From Paragordius varius (Eukaryota > Animalia > Nematomorpha): a DNA stretch of 64,000 bases. The notes under the pieces were generated by a model. The model had not been told where the DNA came from and ran no database searches. It was given only the letters and a program-made list of their open reading frames with translations. Positions 10,981 through 22,500 of the stretch are shown here, piece by piece. Made by a program: the position numbers and the translations under genes. The stretch is from positions 3,782,001-3,846,000 of the forward strand of contig OZ176055.1 in assembly GCA_964247055.1 (NCBI GenBank), in the 5' to 3' direction. The first letter of the stretch is position 1, and each line of letters opens with the position of its first letter.

Positions 10981-13900
10981 TTACATTTGTTGAGTAGAAT
11001 TCCCATTCCAAGTGTTATTGTCAGATGAACTGTCTTCATCCGTTCGAGTTGTGTAAAGTGTATTAATTTTATTTCTTTTCTCATTAGCTAACTTTTTGCT
11101 TGCACCTTTTCGTTGTTTCAGACTGCTATTATTTCTATTATTACCATTATCTTTATTTCTATTTGAGTGTGAAATGTAAAAAATTGGTTGTAAAGAGTGA
11201 GGTATAATATATACGGTTTTAGTAAGTGAATGTTATTTTTGAATATTGCCAGATAACATTTATAATAATTAGCATAATTACAAGTTAAAATCAATTTATA
11301 ATTATGGACCAACTTCAAGCCAGTAATATATAACACATTAATAAAAATACAGTAAAATTTGAAATTATAACGAAATTTAAATAAAGACAATATTTTTTTT
11401 CGAAAGATAACGATATTATGTAACTCATCGCTTTGGATTGCAAATTAAGGAACAGAGATATAAAAATTGGTAACACAATCAATTTTCTAGTTTATAGAGT
11501 TCATATAGGAAAAATTAAGGTGTTAAAAAATATTTGTCTTTTTTAATATGTTCGGTTTGTAAAATTTCGATTCTTTACCGAGTTATCTAGCAATATCGAA
11601 TGAAAAACTAACAATTATTATTATATACACTATATATCCGAAAATTGGTGATATAAGAGAGCTTAATAACAAATTAGTAATGGTAAAAACAATTTTATGT
11701 AAAAAATCAAATATATATATTAAGTGTTAAAAGCTTACAAGTTGGTTGAATACGGTGCGTTTATAGAATTTGTGTCAGTATTCGTCCATTTTTCTAAATT
11801 TAAAATCAGTAATTAGAAGATTTTAGCTCAAATTACCTTTTCAGATTTAACAATTCAAAGATCCTACACTTTATATTTATTTTTTGTTTTGAATAGTCAA
11901 AATTATTTTAATTTAATATCAACTTAATTTTATATAAAAAATAGAATAAATATATTAATATATAAATAAAAAATTCTTTTTATGTTAAAAATCAGATATC
12001 ATATAAAATAGGAATTTAAGAGTACTATTTTCTCAAGTTATATTAAAAATTTTAGTTTGAAATTAAAAATGGTATGGTTAAGAACGGTAATTAGCTTAAG
12101 GGTTCGTTGAAAAAAAACGAATTCCTACCTAGAAAATACTAAAAAAGTAAAACTAGATAATATTGGAAAAAAAATTTAATTTAAATATCTAAACTTGTGT
12201 TAGATACGAGGTAATGAATGCAATAAATTTTTTCTTAAATTGAAATTGTTAATTATACTTAGTTTTTTTTACTATTTACATGTTTTTAAGTGACTTTCAC
12301 ATCAATTTTTTGCTGGTCAATGCGACAAAAATTTAAAAAAGGATGCAATTTACCTCTTAAAAATGTTTTCGTAGCATCTTGTAAAGGGGTATCCTTATGA
12401 CTTGATTTTGTTTGAGACGAACTGATATTGCTTGAAGAAGTATTAGCTATGGAACCATACAAATGGCTGATAAAAGACGTTAAAATGGTATATGCCGATT
12501 GCATGGGTAAAATTATAAAAGTATTTAACAGTGAAAAAGTGCTCAACGGTTGTAGATAACGCGATAGTGTGGTACAATAAGCCCATTTTGAATCACTCGT
12601 GGATTTTGAATAGGAACTAGTTGATTTTTTGTCCTAAATAAATATAAAATGCACCTTTGTTAGTTTTTGCTCAAATGTTGCCAGAGAGTATACTTACTGT
12701 AAAGAGCAATTGGATAAAAGTTGGTGCATAGCAAAAAAAATTTTTTGCCGCTTTTCGCGAATTTTTTTAAAATAAACAAATAAACCTAATATTTTATTAG
12801 GACACATCTTAGTAAAATTATAAAATTAATAAATCAATTACTTTAAATATTATATTTTTATAATATTTTTTAGAAATTATATGTATTTCGTTTATTAACA
12901 CCATTGATTGTTTGGTAAAGGGGTATTTATGGGTTTTTTGACACTTAGGTATACCACATATTATCCTTATTATTAACAATACGGGCCGCGAAGCCATTTG
13001 TGTTGGATTCCTCTGATTTAATTTTTCCTCTCTTTTTAAGTCAATAATTGTCATCGTCAATATGAAAAACTAGGGCAATAGAAGATGCACTTTACTCATA
13101 TTGTAATACTATTTGCACTTAAGAGGGTCTTTGAAAACTTCAAGTTAATCCTTAAACCTTTTAAATTTGGATTTAACCATAAATTTTGCATAAAATTTAT
13201 TTAATTAGGTTTTATCCTAATTTTCTTGATTTATTATATATTTATTTATTTAAATAATATATTTCTTTTGAAGAACAACTTTTAGTTTCAAACTAATTTA
13301 TTAAATTTAAATTGTAATTAACAACCCATAAAACTTATATATTTTTCAATTATCTTATTATTAAAATATTTAAGAACTTAATAAATATAGAATTGATTAA
13401 AAATGATAAAATAGTTAAATGATACGTGGTTTGATTGATAAAAATTAAAAACAAATTATGAAAGTTGAAAGACCAGTAAAGTGTTTAAGGACCAACTGGA
13501 AGTGTTTAAGGACAATCTTAAAGTGCAAATGGTATATGTTGATAAGAGAAATGTCTTTTAACAATGCAAAAAATTACCAAAACTATTATAAGGACGACAG
13601 AAGGTGCTAAATCTAATTCCCTTAGTGTTTGATTGCATGAAGGATCAAAAGAGCGCTTTGGAAACACCGAATGTATTTTAAAAGAATCTGTAATACCCCT
13701 TTCTTCCAATTGCTATAGAAAAAGAAATGACAAAAATATTAATACATGTATTAATTAGAAATTAATTATTAGTTGTTGTTACACTATGGTCTATGTTCCA
13801 TACCATTTGAATAATAGGGTTAAAAAATAGGTCATAATTATTTAATATTAACCAATATCAAATGGAATACTTTTTGAACATATCCAAAAAAATAATTATA

Positions 13901-15106
13901 ATAGGGAGCGCCGCTATCCAAAGAACTATATATCCTAATTTTTTTGAGAGATTCCCAAATAATAAATAGGACTTTGGCGTAAGATTTGCCAACAATATAA
14001 TATATATAACTATCTATTTCGCGTTCCAATTTTAGCGCATAACTGTTATATATTTCATTTATTTTAACAATATTCCAATCAATAAAAATTATCTTTCTTC
14101 AAAGAATTAACCAAAATATAAAATAAAAATTATAAAAACAACCTTTGCAATTAATGAAATAATATGAGTATGGCATTTGACTCTTTGGTGTATACGTAAC
14201 TCAATTAGCCCTCAAAATTCAATTTGGTTTTTGGGAAAACATAAAACTAGTTAATTTGTGATAAGTATATTTTTTTCTATTTTTATTTTAAGTTCAAGTT
14301 TTTTAATTTTCAGATTGGTAATTGCCCTAAAAACATTTATCATAGGTAATGACTGCAGAAATATAGTACACTTATATGATTATTAAGGATGTTATAAGGG
14401 TGAGAGCGCATACAATGCAATCACAAAAGACTTTTTTCGATGTATTTAAATATTAATCCATACCTGTTTAACATCTGAATATAGCGATCTAAATTGAACA
14501 TTACTATCATAACTTCGAGTAAAGTTCAACGAATCGCCAATTTTGTACAAAACTTTACAATGTCTTAAACTATATAATTAGAAAATTGATACTCAATTTT
14601 CGGCTGTGTTATTTTTTGTTCTTGCAACTTTGCATTTTTTAAGTTAAGCTCATTTATTTTTTTCTGCTTATCCGCTAGCCATTTTGAATCTTGATCTTTA
14701 CGTAGTGTTGAAATATCGGAGGTAATTAATTTTTCTTCACTCAAGACTGGTTTACCAAAAATTTGACTAACTTTCTCAATTATTTCTATTAGACTAAAGT
14801 TTCCCCCAATTAATTCTTTCGCTTCACCATTTGAATCAATAATGTATAAACATGGAACTTTGAGAACTGGATATATTTGTGAGAATTGTTTAGATTCTTT
14901 AGTGTCTTTGTTTAACTTGAGAGCAACGGATTTATCATTTATAATTTGTTGCACAGGTTTAGATTCTATATTTTGGATAAAGTTTTTGGATTCTAGACTA
15001 TTATCTAGAAATAATAACGAATTAAACCAAATAGTAGCACGACTAAAAACTTCTTTTCTGACTTTGCTACTGCAATAGCTTCTGGAATGGTATCTTTAAA
15101 CCACAT
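10981..15106 (-). CDS. UBXN4: UBX domain-containing protein 4 (erasin), 7 exons, 414 aa
   Basis: complement(join 10981..11158, 11739..11793, 12354..12633, 13578..13712, 14464..14569, 14593..15004, 15028..15106). All introns are GT-AG, phases are consistent and the total is 1245 nt. N-terminus MWFKDTIPEAIA..QFSQIYP, UBX domain ..VFPKRSF..LRELDLAPS, hydrophobic hairpin, and the diagnostic C-terminus NNTWNGNSTQQM*. Confidence 0.93.
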
Positions 15107-15156
15107 GAAATATTTTATTACATAATTTTCACTTTCTTATGGTCGGATAGAAGCAA
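15107..15156. promoter_or_regulatory. Putative bidirectional promoter / 50-bp divergent intergenic gap
   Basis: The UBXN4 ATG (15106, -) and RBM7 ATG (15157, +) are separated by exactly 50 bp. Function is inferred from geometry only. Confidence 0.6.
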
Positions 15157-16355
15157 ATGGATTTGGATAAGACGCTTTACTGTGGTAACATTTCGGAAGA
15201 AACAACAGAAGAATTGCTTTATGAACTCTTTTTACAGGTATTATAAAAACTTGTTAAATAATAATTTTTATTGATAGTGAGTTAGGTTTATTTCATTAGT
15301 CAGCCCTTTTGTATAAAAATATATTGGTTATAAATATTTACAATTTATTGGTTGATATTGGTGATTTTTATATTATTAACTTAATGCTGTTATATTTTTA
15401 ATTTAAATGGCAACCGGCATTTAATTTTAATGCAAAATTCTTTATTTATATTATGCATATTTTTTATTTTCTAAATAATGTTCTTATAATTTTTTTATCC
15501 TATTGAAAAGTTTTAATAAACATTCTCATTTAAATAATGTCTATTTATTTTTAGGCTGGGCCTTTGAAAGACGTTAAAATTGTTCGGGACAAGGATGGAA
15601 TAAGGAAAAGTTTTGCATTTATCACCTTTTATCACAGTATTTCTGTGCCTTATAGCATTGATCTCATGAATGGAATTCGGTTATGTGGATCCGCACTCGA
15701 CCTTAAATTTAGGAATGGTTCAACTCACGAAAAAGACGAAACGTACATAAGTAAACTAATACAGCATTCTTCGTTAGATCCTATTGCAATTATGCGGTTA
15801 AAGGCATTAAAGTATCAAAACATCTTTGATAAACTTTTTTATAAAGAGTATCCTAATAATGATCATGAGAAATCTATCGTAAAAAATGACTCTCATTCAT
15901 CACCTAGCAAACGTGATAATACCAATATTAAAACATATCAAAATGCTACAATATTTCATTCTTTACCTTCAAACTTTAATCATAACACTGCTGTGCCAAC
16001 CTGTTCCAATATTTATAATCCAAAAAATAATTTGGATTATTTTACACCTCAGTCATATCATTCATATCAGTCACCTTATATTGGCTCCCATAATAACAAT
16101 GGACACGCACAACCAATCCTTAGAGATTCGTATATGCAACATGATTATAGAGGATATGATAACAATATGAATAATCCTTACAGCAGAAATCCCCGTTCTC
16201 AAATGTATGTAGCACATCCCCCTTTAATGAGATCATCTAATAACAGAAATTTTTCTGATCCATCCTCAAATCGAAATACACACTATTCATCACTTAGGTC
16301 TAACAGAAATAATGGACATCACAAAGATGACGCCTACAAACGACGTTACAAATAA
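15157..16355 (+). CDS. RBM7: RNA-binding protein 7/11 family (NEXT complex RRM), 2 exons, 293 aa
   Basis: join(15157..15237, 15555..16355), 317-nt GT-AG intron. DKTLYCGNISEETTEELLYELFLQ|AGPLKDVKIVRDKDG...FAFITF.HSISVPYSIDLMNGIRL matches the RBM7 RRM; low-complexity N/S/Y/H/R tail. Confidence 0.92.
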
Positions 16356-16540
16356 TTTAAATTAAATTATAAATACACATAATATGCGCAAAATATGTTA
16401 TTTGTTTCGGTTAAATAGTACAGGGATAAATATGAAAATATCAGTATAATAATGAATATGTTCTTAAAAATATATCTGAAATGTAATAATGAATCGTATA
16501 AGTAGCATGAAATTATTTAGTGTTTTTAAAAGTAAACTTT

Positions 16541-16741
16541 TTAGTGTTTTCGGTGGTGATCATATCGGTTTCTATCTCTATAAATATAAGGGTCGCGATC
16601 ATTTTCATAATAAGAATATCTTTCTTTATACGGACCAATACATGGGCAACATCTTTCCCTATGATGCCTTTTATCCCTGGTCGATATTTGATGTATAAAA
16701 GTTGTAATTAATATGATATAGAAAAATATTTTAAAATTCAT
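16541..16741 (-). CDS. Small putative secreted peptide precursor, 66 aa
   Basis: True ATG, signal-peptide-like N-terminus (MNFKIFFYIILITTFIHQIST), dibasic DKR, CCPC motif and a Tyr/Arg/Asp-rich tail. GC is higher than the flanks; convergent with RBM7. Confidence 0.6.
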   Translation of the reverse strand: MNFKIFFYIILITTFIHQISTRDKRHHRERCCPCIGPYKERYSYYENDRDPYIYRDRNRYDHHRKH

Positions 16742-16974
16742 AATATTATAAAAAATATGTCAAATGAAGTTTATAACAATATATATAACTATTTTAAGAA
16801 AAAAACGTGACAGGATTAAAATAAGATATTGCGAATTGCCAAAAAAACGTTTTATGTAATCATGTGTCCCTATTCTCTTTACCATTTGGCATTTGGCCCT
16901 ATAAGAGAGACAACAAATATTGACTTTAACAGCCATTCTTGCAAATAGTAAATTTATTTCTTTAAAGTACATAG

Positions 16975-17500
16975 ATAGTATATTTGAAAAAAATTGGTCT
17001 AATACCTATATTAAGGTTTATGGATAATTTTTGGCGATTTAACATTAAACTCGAAAAAATTAAAAGAATTACATATAGAGCCATGTATTTTATATAATTT
17101 AAAAGATCTCAAAAAACTATCTTTCGAATGGTAGTAAGTCAAAAATTATCTCAAACAAACTAATTTAAAAATCATATAAATTATTTTAATATAAATATTA
17201 GGGTTTCATTAGTATAAAACGAAAAAAATCTTTAAAAAAAGTTTTTAGTGTGCTTTTTTATCTTAAGATTATAAACCTCCTAAAGAAAATAAATTAATAT
17301 TAATGAGATGGGGTTTCAAAAAACGAAAAACTTAAAAGCGGCAGTTGTAAATGACATAAAAGCAATAAATGTTTTAGCCAAAAAAAACTTTTTTGTGTTA
17401 TTTTTTTGGGCATTCATTGCAATCTTCACAAAGTTTGAGTTATTTTCATCCTATATTTTAAAAAAATATATTAATTAAGAAAAACGCTTTTGCTTCGGGC
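16975..17500. repeat. Dispersed repeat (probable non-autonomous DNA transposon); second copy at ~26440-27140
   Basis: Shared colinear blocks between the two loci (gaaaaaaattgg.ct, atggataatttttgg, tggtagt, catataaattattt, taaacgct). No clear TIR/TSD identified. Confidence 0.5.
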
Positions 17501-17559
17501 GTTTGTCGTTTCACCGTTATTCAGTCAAAAGCAACATTTTTTCAAGCTAAAGCATTAAT

Positions 17560-18260
17560 AAATGTTGTTTGAAATAGTATTGCTTTTACTGAAATGGAAG
17601 TAGCTTATTATATATTTTAGTAATATTTTTTGGAATTTAACAAATTGTGTGCAAACATATGAGCAGTTACTACAAAAGGGATAATTTTCGTGCACGTAAG
17701 GGCCACAACAAAGCATTATGATGATACTGATATATTTTTTTCTCAGATATTTCTCAAATATATATTTTTGCATCCCTCGATTCAAACAAAAAATCCGGCG
17801 GAACTGGAAATGTAACCAAAAATGGTTTTAAAAAGCATTGGATAACCGATTCAATAAACAATATAATTAACCGAGGAGAAAAACAAAATCCGCCCGAAAG
17901 ATGTATATGCTTGACTTATAAATAACAATACATCCAAAAAAATTAGCATTATAACAAAAAACGATGTGCGTGTTTATTAAAAACTACCAAAGAATTTATT
18001 GTTTAAGACCTCCCCGAGAACCCTAAAACAATTGTACCGTCTACTACAAGAAATGTAATGATTGTCCTGCGCACTATATTGGACAATTCAAACGCCCTTT
18101 AATTATTAGAGAAAAAGAGCACAATAGAAAAGGTTCAGCCGTCTACGACCATTGCAAACAGGCCACACCTTCGCCCCAGTATCCATTGTAGCACAAGCCG
18201 ATAAATTTAAGCGACAAGTTGATTTTGGAGGCTTGTTTCCATTTAAATAGTATACACCTT
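17560..18260 (+). pseudogene. Penelope-like retroelement remnant (GIY-YIG endonuclease)
   Basis: VYYKKCNDCPAHYIGQFKRPLIIREKEHNRKGSAVYDHC...ILEA (~18035-18235) is the PLE GIY-YIG pattern; upstream linker NG[FY]-like block. Frameshifted. Confidence 0.8.
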
Positions 18261-19512
18261 ATCATCAAAAGAGAAGGTCACTTAAGACTTCATATAAGGA
18301 ACAGATTAGTTAAAAATATTTACCACTCCAAGATAAAACCAATAGAGAAACCACATGGACATCACAATTTAAATTTTTTGTTTTTATCATAATTAATAAT
18401 TATATTTTTCAAATTTTGTTTTAATTATTTTATTTTATTATTTTTCTTTTGTTTTTAGTTAATCCATTGAAAATGATACTATCATGTATCGAAAATTTTG
18501 GATATATCAATTTAATAAATTAATATTTTAACATCAAAGATTCGCTCTCTTTGACAACGTTAACAAAGATGATTATATAAATAATTTATTATATAATTGC
18601 GTTTATCATGTCCTACTGTCGTCTTCTGTCCAATTTGTCTTATATATATATAATATGTTAATTTAAATTAAATAATTATATATTTAATTACAAATTGTAT
18701 ATATAAATTAATAGTAAGGTGTAGCATTGTTAATCTGGTGTTTTAATGAAAGCGTGTATATCATATGGTGGATTATATTGAGCAAAAAAAATACATTTTT
18801 ATAGGGGAACATGTGTGGTGTATTAATTTGTAAATATATTATAATTCTAATGTTATATCTTATTATAAATATTGTATTAATTTTTGATAATAAAGTGTTC
18901 ATGTTTTCAAAAATTATGATTCTGTAATAATTAAATTTGCTAATTTTTGAAACTTATTTCAAGGAAATAAATATCATGTTTGATTCTATTTCAAAATATA
19001 TTTAAGCTTATAGAATGCGCATTATTTTGTTTTTTAGAAGAAATAATCATTTATTTTGTTGGACTTTTATTACAGTGATTATAATTTAAAGTATATTATA
19101 ATCTACTGATGACAAGTAATTTGCGAATGTATGAAAAATTTAATGTGTAGAATCCCCTGTTTTTGGTGTATTCTGCCATCAAATTAAGGTATAATTTTCA
19201 ATTTTTTCTAAAACTACCATTTTTTCAAATATTTCAATTTTAATACTTATTTTAAGGTTTTATTTGTTGTATTACAATACTAATTTGTACCATTCTTAAT
19301 TACAATTTTTCAATCAAACATTATATGGTAGTATGTCTGCGATAGTACATGCATGATTCATATGGAATATATATAAATACATTTTTTCAATATATATCCA
19401 AAAAAGTATATATATATCTCACTATACATAGATCTTTAAATATGCATATTATAATTTAATTAATATGATATTATTTAATATTTTAACGTCAAAAATTATT
19501 TCAAAATTATAT

Positions 19513-22500
19513 TTATGTTTTATTGCATAATAAAAGTTCTTGGTATATTGTGTGATTGGGTACTTTATATATCAGCTGATTATAGAGGGCGTTCTTAATT
19601 TTTAATGCAATCTCCCATGCCGTATTTTGAAAATTTTGATTATTTTCAAAAAAATTAAAATCATCTTCATTAATTTTTTTGGCGGAAGAATTTTCCAAAA
19701 CATTGTGGGAAACATTTGAGGCTTGATTTTGAAATGTTAATAAATTTTCTAAAAGTAAAAAAAATCACAAATATAAAAAAATAGAAAGTTTAGATGTAAA
19801 TACAAATAGTCATTCAATATTATATATCGATGTGTAATCATACAGTAATAATTGACATTATGCAGAGGACAATATTTAGAAGCCTATACAATCATATTTT
19901 TTTTCAAAACACTGTGGAGGCTTTTAAACCGTAATTTTTGTTAGGTAAAACTTTCATTGTTTAAATATGTATATCTGTAACACAATCAATAAAACATTTA
20001 ATTGACAATTACTATTAATCTTCCATTAATAAGAAAAAATCTTGTTTTTAAAAGTTTAGCAGGGTTGTCTATTAAAGAAAAATTTATCTTTTAGCCTTGA
20101 CGTTTTGTCATCTGATTTATTTTTCAGTGTAATTAGATAGTACATATGCGACAAACAACTGATTGGTTTACATACGTTTTTAAATTCTTAAACACGAAAA
20201 AAATGCAAAAAAGTTACAAAAGCTGAATAGTGATCGCAAGTTAACACGACTTTTAATTATTATATGCAAAATAAACACAATAAGAAAGCGACAAAGAGCT
20301 GATTATGATTTATCAGGGATAAAAAATAGATCTCACTTTTTAAATCTTGAACTATCTGCTTGAAGGAATGATGGGAGCTTAAATGTTGCATGGTTTTAAC
20401 ATATGTTTCCATATTTTGTTGCAAAACATTTGGCGTTGCCATGGTAACGGCACTAAAATCAGCTGCTCTGGATAGCTGTGTTTTAGCTTCTGTGATATTT
20501 TTATTTATGATATTATTTGAGGAGTTTTGATGAAAATTATTGTTTGTTAAATGTTTGGGATATTCTGGGAATGGGGTAAAGAGCTAAAATTGTTAATATC
20601 GAAAATTAATGAAAAAAATTATTTAAAAAATATATAAAATAAAATAATAACATTTACAAAATAAAACAATTTTAAATTTAAAATATTTATAATGTTATAC
20701 TACCTTAATCATATTTAATAAATTGGAATTTTTCGGAAAACCATCAGGTGATTGCGTGAATGAAGCAAACATTTTATGAATTTCACATACTTCTTTAAGA
20801 CGATTCTTCCATATTTTGTAATGTAGAAATGATTGAATTTCAAAACTAATTTTTAATAAATAAATAAATATACTAAATATTAAAAATAATAAAAAATTAT
20901 TATATAATTATATTATTTTTAAAAAAATATAATTTTTATAACAACAATGTTAAATCATAATTTTATAAAAATTAAAAAATAATTTTTAAAATTTTAATTA
21001 AATTTATAAAATATTATATCATATATATATATATATATATATAATCAAATACTTTAATTAAACTATCAATAACATATAAATTTAATATTTTTTTAATTTC
21101 TCTTACCATATGATATAAAGGCAAAAATATTGAGTAATTTCTTCTTTGCTATTTTTAATATTGGAAGGCGGCGATTTTTCAATTCTTTCTTGAATATGTC
21201 TAAAGAATATTTAATTAACATATAACATATACCATATACTTATTAATACTTAATTAATGAAAAAAGCAAATAATAATTTATGAAGATATGCTGTAATAAA
21301 TTATATATTTAAAATTAAAGATGTTTTTCAAAAAATATTATTATGTAAATTTATGAACAAAAATATTTATTTAAATATTAGAGTTCTTCGAAATATTCAT
21401 CATATATATGATACAAAAAATAAATAAACTAAAAATTGAAAATACGCTTACAAAATATGTTTAAAAATTATTCTATTTAATAATAAAAAATAATTTTTTA
21501 TCAAATAAGCTTATTTTGTTGTAAAAGTAAATAATATATTTAAATATCAGTAAAATGATTACAAATATTTATCTTATAAAATTATTTTTAAAGAATTTTT
21601 TTTAATAAATATTATATTTATTAAAAACTTCAACTTTTTTGAAAAATTATTAAAATATATACAAATAACTTTTTTATTACATTTTAGGACAAATATATCT
21701 TAATTTACGGTAAAAACCAAAATATTAATACATTTAATAATTATATATCTAAATTATTACTAAATATATTGAATAGAAAAAATTTTTTTTATATAATATT
21801 AAATTTAATAAATTAAAGATTAATTTTTGAAAAAATAATATATTATACAGGCATAATTTTAACGTATCAGAATAGATTGTGAGGGCACGTGAATCATCTC
21901 CAACGTGATGTTCCATAAAATCAGCTGATAGAATAAAATATGTAATGGCGTCTATATATATAAGGGTTCGTTTTGTGCGGCAAATCTGTATGAAATAAAT
22001 ATTAATTAAATAATTAAATTATATATATGTATAAATTTAAAATTATAAATTTTCATAAAATAATATATGATTGAATATAAAATATATTTTTATTTAAATT
22101 TTGAAAATATAAAGATTAATAAATAAATTAAATATAATTTTATAATATTATACTTATTATTTGAAAAATATTAATATTTATCATATAAATAAAAATTAAT
22201 ATATTAGAAATTTAAATTTTTTAGATAATAAAAATTTAAAAATTATCAATTAAAATCAGAGATGAAAATTACATAATATATATATATATATATATATGTA
22301 ATGATTTATGGCCAACAAAGTCCTATTGCCACCTCCCCGTGGTGTTGGCCGGGGCATAAAAATGCGCTGACTGCAAAGGCCAGTTTCTTATAATCTTTAA
22401 AATCATTAATTGTACACAACGGCATGTGTTACGTAAAAAATCGCCTCAGATCGCGAAGTAAAATATTATGAAAATGAATTACTTCCGGAGTCCCGCCCAT

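Noticed and set aside
11118-11390. 90-aa hydrophobic ORF
   Set aside because: Intronic AT-rich sequence overlapping UBXN4's last exon in a different frame; non-ATG start.
13838-14029. 63-aa ORF in UBXN4 intron 3
   Set aside because: Non-ATG start, not needed for the UBX domain, and no usable splice phases.
15886-16711. Alternative-frame ORFs in RBM7 exon 2 and antisense to the 66-aa peptide
   Set aside because: Explained by the better-supported overlapping frames.
19103-19130. Hammerhead-like CTGATGA...CGAA; similar TGTTGAG...CTCGAAAC at ~49384-49420
   Set aside because: Core nucleotides or stems I/III are missing. At best these are decayed Penelope-associated motifs.
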